A DNA stretch of 63,926 nucleotides, filler included, from Intoshia linei (Eukaryota > Animalia > Orthonectida), in NCBI GenBank assembly GCA_001642005.1. It is 7 parts of 7 records of this genome, joined end to end, with 100 filler letters (N's around TTAATTAATTAA, not from the genome) between each part and the next. Parts side by side here need not be neighbours in the genome. Positions count along the whole stretch, not along the records: positions 36,565 to 53,555 come from LWCA01000824.1; positions 53,656 to 58,463 come from LWCA01001876.1; positions 58,564 to 61,319 come from LWCA01002226.1; positions 61,420 to 63,926 come from LWCA01002295.1; 3 more parts are not named here. The stretch is one strand, 5' to 3'. The notes under the pieces are model-generated. The model did not search any database. It worked only from the letters and a program-made list of their open reading frames with translations, and was not told the DNA's origin. The position numbers and the translations under genes were made by a program. Below, one piece after another: positions 49,910 to 62,720 of this stretch. Numbering within the stretch: position 1 is the first letter of the stretch; each line of letters begins with the position of its first letter.

Positions 49910-52900
49910 AATTAAATTATATTGAACAGATAGTCTAGATTAAAATAATTAATAATAAATTTTAAATTATTTGTATCAACACTGGACACTCAAGAGGATT
50001 ATTACATCTAAAGTTGAAAGAATACCGCTACAACAATAGTATAATATTATATTGAACATGCAATACAATTATTTCTATATGTTAACTGTGGATCTAGACT
50101 AGTGTGTTAAGTCTATTTAAATGTCCAGTGAGTAGATAACACAAGAGCGGTAACACTTTAATGTACAATTGTGTGATTATGTTCATGATTTACATTTCAT
50201 GATAACATTTTAGATATATAAAATATTCGAAATAGCGACGAGGATGAACGACCCGTGTTAATTTAAAATTGATGTGGCATAATCACACATACCGTGTTTT
50301 ATGACAAAATAATTAATGGTTTATTAAAATTGTGTCAGTGAAAGTGTCAAACAAGTGAGATCATAATCAAAAGATTGACATTGGATTTTTAGTCAATAAA
50401 AATTTTAACACCTAAATGTGTGAATACGTGCAAAAATTTTGTTGGGTTTTAAATGAACATTTTAAAAAAATGTAAGAAAAATTCATCATATTAGTGATTT
50501 TAATAAGGAATCAATCATGATGAATAATTAAAAATATGATAACATCTTTTCACCATAAGGGTATTGTGTTTGTTTAATTCTCATACAAATTAGCCTGCCA
50601 AGTGTCATTTATTTTACCATAATATTGATTAATATTATAAACATTCATCCGTATTTAATTAGAGTAAATATATATTATCAATTATCAAGAGACTATAAAC
50701 TGCGTGTTATTAATATAATCATTTTAATAGGCTCTTTTTAAATGAACCAGTCAACTAATCGATATTTCTCAGTAAATGACAATATATTAAATATTAGATT
50801 AGATAACTTGCATTTTATGGATATGTTAATTTGATTTTCATTTCATAGTATGCTACCACTTTAAATCAAAATGAACAATACCGGTTTCGAAATAGGAATC
50901 AAATTACGCATTTGTGCTGACCACTTTGACAAGTATTATTTTAATAACTAATCAATATAACAATGTGTAGATTTCATTTTATTCATCCACTTGATGAATA
51001 TATTCTAAATTACAACAAAAAACACTTCAAATTAAGGAATATTTATACATTTTTATCAAATTATAAAATAGTATTCATTGAAATATCGTTTTTGTCATTC
51101 ATTATAATTAACTCATGTATAAATAGTTGAATAAATTATAGAGATTTGTTATTATATATAATCGAACAACCCAAGTGTGATCTGGCGAACTGCTAACTTT
51201 AAAAATTTTATTAACCTGAATAATACGAATTAAATGCAACTCAGAGATAAAAAGGGTCGTAGTGAAAAGAGGATATTTATTAAGTTATAAAAAGAGGAAT
51301 CCAGTAGAGAAAAATACATTATGTCACGTAACGTAGTGATGACAGAGTGGACAGAGTTAAATATTCTATATTGCATTACCTTGATAAAAATTTCGATTCG
51401 TCGCTTTATATGTATTTAAAAAAAATTGATTACTCACAAATAAATATATCAATAAATTATAGAGAAGAAAAAGAAATTGATTCAAGTACCATCAATTTTA
51501 CTACACTACATATTGCAAACTATATACTACACGTAAACGTATACTACACACGTAATGTACATAAAAATTAAACAATGCGTGACTTTAAAATTAACTTACA
51601 TTGTATGGAAAAAAATTACTTTTTGGTTTTATAGTTTTTTTAAATCCACCCTAACTGTTATATACTGTCACCAAAATATACCAGAGATTTCACATCTATA
51701 CGATATCCAATGATTCATATATAAATAATTTAAAATTTTGAAAATAGTCGAATAATTTAACAAAAAAAAATAAATCAAAATACTTAAATCCAACCATTAT
51801 TAATTAAAGTTTACCAACCTTAAAAAGAAAAATCCACTTTATAAACTATGACATGCAATTCTAAAACACCCTTTTAATTTTGTGTATTGAATAAGATTGA
51901 TTTATACCAGTGGTTCTCAAAAAAGTCCACATATAAATTTTTGGGCAACGAAAAAATTCATTATTATAATTTTAATATTATTTTTACTTATTCTATTTTT
52001 ATTGTATCATATTTCATTTTATGAACTAAAATTATTACTTAATTATTATTAGTCATTTGTTGTATAACCTTTATAATTATTTAATTCACGTTTTCGTACA
52101 TCAGTGATGATAATGTTCATTTGTCTTTATCTTTAACGTTTTAAATAATGATTGCATGTTAATGATGTTTACAGTCTACACCAGTGGTTTTTAACCAAGG
52201 GGTCGTGAAAATTTAAACACAGTATATAATATATATAAAACTGAATATAATTTTTAAATATTTTCATTTATGTGAAATGATAAGATGTTTGGAGTATATA
52301 GAAAATTTTACATGTTTATAAAGAGGGTCGCGAACACAAAAAGCTTAAAAACATCTAATCTATCTTTTTCGATTCACATTTGCACTCGTTGTATTATATT
52401 ATCATAATTTTAACTCAAAGGTTAACCAGAATTGTACTTTAAAACAGTTGTATAAATACTATTTTCAATCAAAAAAACTATAGTCAAATATTTTATAAAA
52501 CCATCAATTTATAAAGTAGCGTACGACTAAGATTTTTTTTATAAAAGTTAAAAACCACTAATTTATACAATCTTATATACCAGTACCAGTTACATTAACA
52601 ATTTGTTATTAAGTTTTTAAAATAATCAAAACTGTATCTATGTAATTTATAATATAAATTTCAGAAAAATTCACTCTATAACTAAAAATTATTTGCAGCA
52701 TTTAGAATAGAAAATCTAATCTAATACCTCTAGATTTAAAATATAGAATAACTTTAAAAACGTAAAAAAACTCTATGATCAACTAATTTAAAAAAATAAA
52801 TATAAAAAAACCTATGCTGTCGGCTCGTTCATACATAAACATAAATTTCGTGACTCCATATTTATAGATTACATATAAAATAGTGCCACGCTAAATTGAC

Positions 52901-53655
52901 CAAATGGTTAAACCACAAATTGACTATGAATTCGAACACATAAATAATCCAAATTTAAAATTGTTTCATAAAAATAAAACTCATTTTAACAATTTATTTT
53001 TATTCAAAAATGTCATGTTACCGAAAATACTAATAGGACAATAGTGTTGAATGCAAAAATTTGTAATATTTTGATAAACATAATAATTTTGATAGTTGAT
53101 TAAACCATACTCAATAAATTTCAATATCTATATAAATAAATCAAATTTTCAAAAATGAGTAGACAAAATTCTATCTAAAATAAATTAAATGGAAACATAA
53201 AAACATCAATTAATATGTTCTTGTGCGAATCTCGTGACATTTTATTAACAATAACGATAATAAACACTATTAAAATAGCTACCAAAGTGATAATGTAAAT
53301 TAAACAATAAACACCAACTTCATGTGTTAAAAATTAAAATTACCAAGAACAGTTAATAGAGTTGAATCATGTAATACAGTTCGCGTTACTGTCAAAGCAT
53401 AACATAAAACAGAATGTAATGTCGTAGCATAGTTAACTATTCAACTCTTAAGCTATAATGTTATAATACGCACAGTCAAAACAAAACGTAATGCATGTGC
53501 AAGTTTTTACTAGTTGACTGTGCGTGATGGGTTATTTTTGGATAATGAACAATTTNNNNNNNNNNNNNNNNNNNNNNNNNNNNNNNNNNNNNNNNNNNNT
53601 TAATTAATTAANNNNNNNNNNNNNNNNNNNNNNNNNNNNNNNNNNNNNNNNNNNN

Positions 53656-54370
53656 ATTGTCATCCTGGAATTTCAAAAACCAGACGAATACTTAATCAAC
53701 TCTATTTTTAGCCACAACAAACACGCACAATTGTTAGTTACATACAAAATTGTAACATGTGTAACATTAACAAGTCTCGTAATCATTTTTATAAAGAATT
53801 ACAACCTGTTAAAACTAAAAAATTTAATTCTCTTTGGCAAATTGATATATGTGGTCCTTTCACTGAATCGAATAATGGTTTTAAATATGTAGTAAATATG
53901 GTGGATCATTACAGTAGATGGGTTGAAAGTTGTCCTGTTTTTAATATTTCTGCAGATATTATAGTTGATGTTGTATATTCACACATTATAACTAGATACG
54001 GACCTCCGTTAGAAATTCATACGGATCTTGGTAAACAATTCGAATCTAATTTATTTAAAGAATTATGTAAGCGATTTGAAATAAAACGATCTACTTCAGA
54101 ACATACCTTTTTTGTACATATCGACATCAACAAAATGGGGCGGTAGAACGATTTCATCGATATTTTCGAGAGAAGTTGAACATATGTTGCAAGAATGATT
54201 GGTCAAATTCGAACGAATATTTAAACGATATATTGTTATCCGTTTGTCTATTACCTCACGAAAAATGGAGAATCTCGCCATTAGAGGTTTTATTGGGGTC
54301 ACAAAGAAGCTCATCCATTTCAAATTACTGTTCGAAAAGTTCTTGGAAAGACACTGGCGTATAGAAACAA
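53656..54370 (+). mobile_element. Gypsy integrase fragment
   Basis: HPGISKT..YF*P..CNMC, WQIDICGP, VDHYSRW, IHTDLGKQFES, GAVERF and SPLEVLLG. Confidence 0.88.
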
Positions 54371-54384
54371 TTATTTATTGAGAA

Positions 54385-54664
54385 TGAACATTTTGAATAC
54401 TTGATCTGTAAACCCCGGTTTTCCTCGAAATTTCAGATTGGTTCATACCGCTTTTGAAATATTTTTCAATGTCACGCTTTATAATTTTGTTAATTATCGC
54501 CATTTAAAATTATTTTAAAATTTATTAACAGTTTAATTAAAATTTAATTGAGATGCCAGTTTATTTTGCACGACTGTTTGATTTTAATAAATTCATTATC
54601 ATTTTTAAATTGCCTGTATTTCAATTAAAAAATTGTGTATCAATTACAGTATTCACTTAAATAC
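54385..54664 (-). mobile_element. 5' end (transposase start plus inner TIR) of the Tc1 family seen at 5846-7200
   Basis: 54385-54510 closely matches 7040-7165. 54552-54664 is the reverse complement of ~5978-6089. Confidence 0.88.
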
Positions 54665-57600
54665 TGGGTCCAAGCCCTCGATTTGGGAAACACTGCATTA
54701 GGGTGTAACATTTTTTAGAAAATTTTAGAATTCAATAGGCAATTAGCACTAAAACTGTGTATTTTTAAAATAAAAAAACTAATTCGCAATCAAAAACATT
54801 TAACAATATCTATTAAAGTTGCGTTTGTCATTTTAAATATTATAGATAAATTATAACTGAACTTTATTTTAACGAAAATTGGGGTGTGAGCTTTTAAACG
54901 TAGCACCGACTTTATAATATTGTTCTCCATGTTTAGTTATACAGTTTATTTTATTAAATTTGCTCCTCAATTTTTTTAAATTTTATGGAATTCATATTTT
55001 GCAATTGAATAAAATTTAAACAATGTTCATTCGCAAATTAATGTGAATTTAATACAGGGTAATTTGACTACTAATGTAGAATTACAAAATAACGAATACA
55101 GTCAAGTAATTATATTAAAATTTATAATAGACACCGGTTCAAATATAAATATTATAAATATAAATGATTTAAAACTTATAAAAATTTTTAGATATAAAAT
55201 AAATCTTGTAAGATATAAAAATACTTTTATTAAGCAATATGGATTTGTTAAATTGTACATGTCACAAAATGATAGGTACGAAACATTTTTTGTCACTGAG
55301 GGTGTCAACATTCTTGGTTGAAATACATCAATAAACCTTCACTTATTAAATCTCGGAAAAAATTATCTTGTCAATAACAAAACTACTGTATTGCCATGCA
55401 AAAATAATAATATCCTTTCAGTTCAATTAACTGACGCCACAGTTTAATATGAGAATTATGATTACTTGATAAAAATGTTCGCAAACATATTTTCGTATAA
55501 AGAGGGTGTCTGCAGAACAGGCAAACATTTTATTCAGCTTAAAGACGAAAATATAAGTTACAAAGGGCCAACTTACCCAACACCACTTCATCTTCTAGAG
55601 GAAGAAGAAAAGAAAATTAAACATATGCTACAAAATGGCATTATAGAGCAGTCAACACAGAATAAATGGCGTTCGCCATATTTTTACGTTCCAAAAATAT
55701 AGCTATAGAATGGTTATAGATTATCGTATTCTAAATTCCCATACTAAATTGGATACTTATCCAGCTCATAACGTTGAAAAGTGTTTGAAATCTCTGACAG
55801 GCTGCAATGTATTCAGTATCATGGATCTGACATCTGGATTTCATCAAATAACTGTTAGTGAGTCTAATAGATATAAAACAGCATTCGCTTCGAGCTACGG
55901 AAAAAAAATGTACCAATTTACGCGAATGCCATTTGGCCTAGTCAATGCGCTATCAACATGCCAGCGCATCATAGAGTCAGTGTTATATGGACTGGAGAAT
56001 GTGGTCAATTACATGGATAATATTATAATTAGATCGAAAAACACGAAAGATCATTTAGCATTATTAAAAGAAGTATTAAATAGGCTGCGAAAAAATGGTA
56101 TAACTGTAAAACCCAACAAATGCCACATAGGTATGATGGAAATAAAAATCCTAGGTAATGTTATTGACCACACAGGTGTTAGTATTGGTCCAGATAAAAC
56201 AAATGTCATCAAACAACTACCAAGACCTAAAAATAATCGGGAAGTTAAAAAATTTCTGGGTATGTGCAATTATCACAGAAAACACATTGAAAACTATGCA
56301 CATATTGCAAAACCATTAACAAATACTACAGTATCTGCAAAAACCTTTATCTGGACTGAAGACTGCGACAGAGCCTTTAACAAGTTGAAAAAATTATTAT
56401 GTTTAGCGCCTTAAAATTTGTACTGAAAACTGAAAACCGATGCATCTATGTATGGCATGGGAGCAGTACTAAAGCAAGGTGATCATATTATCGCATATGC
56501 CAGTAAAATGTTTAAACCCTGTCAAAACCGATATAGTACTGTAGAAAAAAAATTCCAGGCAATATTTTGGGCTGTAATAAAATTCAAGTATTACCTGTTA
56601 TGAAAAAACTTTACGGTCAAAACAGATCACAACCCTTTGGTCACTATACGACAATCTACTAAGTTGATAATGATAGATTATATAGAATGACTGAGAAATT
56701 AAAAAAAATATGATTTTACAATCGAATACAAACCAAGACCAACCAATTGGACAGCGGATCTGTTATCACGTGTCAAGCACCCAAAGGGAATAGTAGACAT
56801 TATTTCCTTAACAAATGAGCCATTTAAAATTCAAGAAAATCAGAAGAGAGATATTGATTGTACAAAATTAATCAAATCTATTGTAAAAAAATCCAACTAA
56901 CCAACTCAAATAAATATTATACTTATCGCAACAATATATATCTTAAAAGTGGATATTTGGTGTATAATCTGCATGGAACTTCAGCTCGCATAATACCGGA
57001 AAATTTAATAGAACCATTACTATATCATTACCATACTAGTGGACAATATTTACATGTTGGTATGTCTAAAACATTTAAAGTTATCCGTTCTTTATATTTT
57101 TGGCTAAAAATGTTTAAATCGGTCGAAAATTTTATCAGAAATTGTAAAAAATGTAATCTTAAACAAATAAAAAATAAACAAATCGAGAAGTAACTGCAAC
57201 CGGTCCTAACAACAAAGTTGAACGAATTGTGGCAATTAGATATATTAGGTCCTTTTCCACAATCCCTCAATGGATATAAATATATCTTAACTATGACGGA
57301 CCATTTTACTGGTTGGCCAGAGGCAATTCCATTATCAGATATTACTGCCGAAACCATATCTGATAAAATTTTCAGAAAAATCGTAACGCGTTTTGGTCCT
57401 CAAAAGAGTATTCTTACCTGTCAGGGTCGACAGTTAGAATGTCAAATAATTAAAAATCTATGTCAACAATTGGGAATTGATAAAAAAGTGGCAAAACCGT
57501 ATCGGCATCAAAAAATTGGAAAAGTTGAACGCCTAAATAGATCATTACGTGAAAAACTAAACATCCTATGTAACGATAATTATGATAACTGGGAAATTTA

Positions 57601-57938
57601 CCTTGATTATATTTTAATGAAAATTCGATATATACCAAGCGAAAGAACAGGTGTGTCTCCACTAAACCTCATATATGGTCTTAATGATCAGATCTCACAT
57701 TCCAAGGAGTTCAATACAAACCGTAAAGATGTAATTAAACGCGTTAAAGCTCATACCGAAAAATATTATAAAAGGGTATCACGCAATTATAACAAACTTC
57801 AACAAATGTCATCATCCTATCACCGTAAAAATTTTTAACCCAACCACCCATTACTTAATAAATTGCAACCTCGCTACAAACGTAAAGCAAAACCACCATC
57901 TCACCTGAACGATTACATCGTTAATTTTTGGCAGGAGG

Positions 57939-58291
57939 TGTAATGTAGTCTTAGCGACGAAATTAGTTAATCTGATTATATAATTGTATATTTAAATTTG
58001 AACTGAACTTCACCGAATTATATTATCAATCAATATTTAGAACATTGAATCAGTAACTCGAAACTAGTTTGAAAGTAAATAATTATATAAATAGATAATA
58101 ATTAATATAGTTTCTTCTTAAACAATAAACATTACAATAAGTATTGTAATATTAAATCCAGTAATTATTATAAATGTAAAGTTCACCTCGATTAACTAGT
58201 TATTGATTGATAATATATTTGTACAAACAAAATTGTCTTATTTTAAATATAGAACTTATATTGCGTAATATTCATTATCTAAAACATTACA
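57939..58291 (+). repeat. 353-bp LTR
   Basis: Immediately follows the PPT. Perfect 8-bp inverted termini TGTAATGT...ACATTACA. Confidence 0.85.
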
Positions 58292-58313
58292 AGACAATTT
58301 ACCTTATTGAACA

Positions 58314-58463
58314 ATGAATAATCTTTTGCCCAAACCGAAACCATTGATGGACGAAAATGGAGTATTGACAAGTGAATGGATTCAGGAATTTGAATTAATG
58401 ATGCAACTGGATGAAGCCGTTGAAAAGGAATCTAAAAATAGTCGCAAATTGACATTATTGAAA
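58314..58463 (+). CDS. Gag-like ORF N-terminus running into a gap
   Basis: MNNLLPKPKPLMDENGVLTSEWIQEFELMM...RKLTLLK resembles the retrotransposon Gag P.P.....W...FE......K...L pattern. It starts 22 nt after the LTR. Confidence 0.6.
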
Positions 58464-59653
58464 NNNNNNNNNNNNNNNNNNNNNNNNNNNNNNNNNNNNN
58501 NNNNNNNTTAATTAATTAANNNNNNNNNNNNNNNNNNNNNNNNNNNNNNNNNNNNNNNNNNNNATTAGAAACTTGGCTCGGTCATAAATTTTAATAAAAT
58601 AATTAAATAAAACCGCTCTTCATAAAATAGAACAATGAAGGTTTCCAATAAGTTTTTACACTTGTAAGTAATTTAATACTAAAGAATTTACTTTTACATG
58701 ATTTTCACGTTTTATATTAGTATTTCTGAGCCTTTATGTTAAAAACTTAAAAACGACTTTGTTAATAATTTACCAAAAATATCTATAATATGTAATGAAT
58801 GTATATAATTTTCATAGAACCCCCCCCCCCCCNAACCCCCCCCCCCCCCAACAGTGCTGTGGACTCCAAGGGGTCCACATGGACCCCGTTGAGAATGGCT
58901 GTAATAATAATGGATTATTACCTAGACAATTTTTGTAAAAATAATGTAAACAGAATCAAAAAATAACTGTATTTGTATAATTATTTTTGAATAAAATTAG
59001 AATACTTTATTTTTATTGGATAAATAACCAATTTTTTGCAGAATAGAAAGTAATTATTATTTTATTTTAAACTAGTTTAGTGATGGTAAAAAAATCAAAT
59101 GTGGTGTGTTAATTTTCAGATTATATTTTAAAACAATTTTCTGGTGTGTTTTCTAATAAAAAAATTATTACCCAGCCCTCCAATTGAATCAAAAGCTAAA
59201 TTTCTTACCTATATGAAAGAAAATTAAGTTTTTATATGGAATGAACAATGTATTGTAGATTTCAATGATACGCAAGTGAACTTTGTTTACTCGTGAAATC
59301 CATTTATTTAATGATTTTTTTCTCATTAATTGTCGTGTCGAATGAAGTTACGACGCATCGTAGTAACATTTCTGTCTAATAAACAAGTTTGGGAGCCACT
59401 TCTTTAAAGATTGATAATAGTGGATAATATCATTTATAGTTATTTATTGGTTATTATTATATGGTTTATTAAATTAAAAAAATGGGATAACAATTGTTTT
59501 TAAAGTTCTTTACAGATTTAAATCAAATTTATATGTTTTAGATCTTGAAATTTCAATCTTTGTTAAATATCTTCTTATAATGTATGTTACAACGGGTACC
59601 CGCGTACAGGCTTCTTGGGAAATAAAGCATGAAAAAATATATTTATAATAACT

Positions 59654-59775
59654 AATTTGCTTGGATGGCCGGACTTTTTCAATATTTTAGCGTAAAAAAC
59701 TATACCACAACCATAAGTGTACATTTCTCACCTGTAGTACTTTGTATTTTTGATTTAAAAAAAGTTTACACCCTA
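59654..59775 (-). mobile_element. hATm-like terminal segment (TAGGGTG end); inverted copy at 61089-61202
   Basis: The reverse complement of 59654-59775 aligns with 61089-61202 (TAGGGTG..AACTTTTT..GTGGTATAGTTTTTT..GTCCGGCCA.CCAAGCAAAT). Confidence 0.65.
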
Positions 59776-60100
59776 ATATACATACTTTTTTCAATTTAGT
59801 CAGGTAGTTATACTTGCTAATTGCTCATATCATTTCTAATTATCCAGCAATTAACCGAGGTGAACATTTGGTGGAAAATTAAAACTGTACAAATTTTGAT
59901 TGTTCCATCAATGGTATTACAATTTTTTACAATAATAAATCTTTTCTGATAATAATGATCTTTTATGTTAATAAATAAAATTTTAATTTTGGACGAAATT
60001 TTTATATCATTAAAATGGGGTCGCGCGTGACAAAAGGTTACGAAGCCCTGCTATATAAATAAACTAATTATACATATTTTTCAATTCCATTTTTTAGACA

Positions 60101-60706
60101 TTGCATCGATTCAAGAACATGATTATAACGATTTTAATACTAATTTCAATTAACTTGATAGTAGATAATACATTGGATAATTTTAAAATTCTAGATATTT
60201 ATATTTATGAATATATTTTATTATTAGGAATACCCTCAAATGAATTAAACGTAATATCATGTTACCTAATATGTGCTTTAAGTGAAAATATTGAATTATT
60301 TAAATTATTTTTTCAATACATCATAAATGGTATTTACTATTTATTTAATAAATCAAAAAGACTTACGGTTCAAGAACATGTAGAAATTAAAAAAAATTTT
60401 TTTGCTATTATTCAAATTTTTGTCGATATAAACGTCATATCCATCTTTTTATATTATATTTACGACAATAATGAAATGGACATGAAAAATTATCTATATC
60501 ACATATTTTTAATTAAGATATTTATGAAAATAAGAAATATTTTAACTCAATTGGTGTACACATCAGAAGGCGTCAGTAAATATTTGACACAACAATGTAT
60601 TACATTAATAATACTTTATTTTTTTGTGAAGAGTAATGAAAATCTTCAAAATGTTAAAATAAAAGGACGCAATTATAAATTTCTACACCATATGAACACC
60701 ATTTAA
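60101..60706 (+). CDS. Hydrophobic orphan ORF (~195-200 aa; ATG at 60119, or a terminal exon after AG 60096-60097)
   Basis: Long ORF in very AT-rich DNA with several hydrophobic segments. TATATAAA at ~60052. No motif recognised. Confidence 0.45.
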   Translation: MHRFKNMIITILILISINLIVDNTLDNFKILDIYIYEYILLLGIPSNELNVISCYLICALSENIELFKLFFQYIINGIYYLFNKSKRLTVQEHVEIKKNFFAIIQIFVDINVISIFLYYIYDNNEMDMKNYLYHIFLIKIFMKIRNILTQLVYTSEGVSKYLTQQCITLIILYFFVKSNENLQNVKIKGRNYKFLHHMNTI

Positions 60707-61208
60707 GAGGCCAACTTATATTGTAATGTTATCGCAATAAATAATTATCAATACAGTATCAATCCTTACTTATTTGGCAGACTCAATGCCTATTAGCCAT
60801 AATTAAAATTTATTTTTCAATTAGTAAAACATGTTAATGTATAAATGTATGTAATAATGTATGGATTTGCTCCAGTTAGGTAAAATTTACCGAATTCAAA
60901 TTATAAACGAAATTGGAAAATATTATTAACAAATCAATGATTTTTAGGGACAACTTTTAACATTTTAATTGAATTTGATTCTTTAATTGTATTATTAATG
61001 AATTATTTATCCAGAATCCAATTCTTTTATCAGCAATTAAATTTACATTCTAAAGCTGGCCGTATAATTGAAACCCTGATATAGACACTAGGGTGTTAAC
61101 TTTTTTTAAAGCAAAAATACAGGGTGCAAAATATACATTTAAGAGTCGTGGTATAGTTTTTTAAGCGTAATATTTGTAAAATGTCCGGCCACCCAAGCAA
61201 ATCACTTA

Positions 61209-61319
61209 TCCTAACTTATATAATATGCGACGCGATTTTTGTTTGTGTGTGTGTGTCTGTGTGTTCTACTTTATTGAAATAACTAGCACTCTTAGAATTT
61301 TTTAAAGACCACATTTCAA
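61209..61319 (+). mobile_element. Helitron-like repeat 5' end running into a gap
   Basis: a|TCCTAACTTATATAATATGCG followed by a (TG)n tract. Confidence 0.7.
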
Positions 61320-61419
61320 NNNNNNNNNNNNNNNNNNNNNNNNNNNNNNNNNNNNNNNNNNNNTTAATTAATTAANNNNNNNNNNNNNNNNNNNNNNNNN
61401 NNNNNNNNNNNNNNNNNNN

Positions 61420-61660
61420 TCACTACTTCCCCTTCAACATCCATACGAAGAATAAGCCAACAAACGAATTTATTAAGAACCACATTCCACAGGACTTTAA
61501 AAAACGAGAAATTTTTTCCTTACAAACTTAATATGTGTCAAGAATTGAAACCTAACTATTATATTAATCGACTACATTTTTGTAATTAGTTTAAATCATT
61601 TTTGAGAGATAATAATGATAACTACTCAGAAGATAATGTCTATTTTTCTGATGAATTGTG
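61420..61660 (+). mobile_element. Mariner-like (rosa/maT-type) transposase fragment
   Basis: PSTSIRRISQQT...HRTLKNEKFFPYKLNMCQELKP...RLHFC, followed by FSDE. Confidence 0.7.
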
Positions 61661-61947
61661 GATTGAGTTAACAGGATACCAAAACAAACAAAATAATAGA
61701 TTATGACTAAAAGCAAAACCCACATTTGCAATACATCCTCCCTCCACCCACAAAAAATTGGTATATGGTGTGCAATTTCGTAAATAATATAAAAATATAT
61801 AAATAAATAAAAATAATATAATAATCAATCGTATCGAATAAAAATAATAAAATAAAATAATCGTTGGACCTATTTTTTTTCAATCCATAATAAACAGTGA
61901 ATTGTATATTAATATTTTAGAGCAATTTTACAATTTATTAGACCCAA

Positions 61948-62720
61948 TTGAACGTAAAAAAGTGTGGTTTCAACAAAATGGAGAACATGCCATACTTCAA
62001 AAATATCCATGTTTTGCCAAAAAGTGATTTTGCCAGACATAGTAGAACTTTTTGCCTCGGTAGACATACCTTATACAAGTTAAACAACAAAAACTTAAAG
62101 GAATTTTTTACCAACATGGGCAAATCGTTACCATCTGAAAATAATTGTGGTAAAATCGACCAGGTATATTTGAAGGAAATTGAAAGGATAAAATCGGGTT
62201 GTAAAGATGAATTAATATTTATGATGTTGGATGAAACCGATTTAAATGATGTTAAATATATAAATATAATTGTCGGTACTTTGAAAAAACTCCAAAATTT
62301 AATGCTGTTTGACTGTAAAATAATTAATACAAACATGAATGGTCAAATTGTATCTGATTAGATTATATAATGAATTAATCGAATTAAACATGTATACATC
62401 TATATTAGGTGTTATTGACATGGAAAAAGAGTCGTTTACTATTAATCAAGCATATGATACAATAAAAAAAATACAATTTATTCCTGATCCATGTGAAATA
62501 TAGCTACATACTGTATATATAGAAAAAAGAATGATATCGAAAAAATTATGTTAGCTATGGATCAGTCCAAACCTCCTTCATTGTACAGCCAATTGAGAAA
62601 TGCCCTTCAACTTTTAACGGTGTAGAAAGAAGTTTTAGCATGCTGAAGACATAACTCACAAAACAAAGGAATTTTTTATCTAGTAACGTTAAAAAATATT
62701 TAATATTGTACCATAATTGA
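61948..62720 (+). mobile_element. hAT (CGGBP-like) transposase remnant, internally deleted
   Basis: LKEFF..SLPSE..IFMMLDETD..YINIIVGTL and C-terminal GVERSFSMLK..RNF..NVKKYLILYHN. Confidence 0.7.

Larger units (their letters stand above)
55020..58463 (+). mobile_element. Ty3/Gypsy LTR retrotransposon: decayed pol, PPT, LTR, then the start of a gag-like ORF
   Basis: Protease IDTGS, RT (DYRILN, DLTSGFHQI, MPFGL, YMDN), RNase H (TDAS, TDH, ADLLSR), integrase (HVG..C..C, WQLDILGP, GKVERLNR) and PPT GGCAGGAGG. Confidence 0.93.

Noticed and set aside
50870-50950. RICADHF peptide resembling a THAP domain
   Set aside because: Too short, bounded by stops, and lacking the N-terminal CxxxC and conserved Trp.
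19990-56025. Both Gypsy RTs have Asp-to-Asn changes in YxDD (YMND, YMDN)
   Set aside because: Both elements carry many other stops and frameshifts; G-to-A decay under AT pressure is sufficient, so there is no evidence of domestication or targeted editing.
58819-58849. Poly-C tract (G-quadruplex candidate)
   Set aside because: Contains an n and looks duplicated; it lies within a MITE end, so its length is unreliable.
59080-59280. Faint Gypsy RT/RNase H linker similarity (LKQFSGV, FIWNEQC)
   Set aside because: Too degenerate to delimit or assign confidently.
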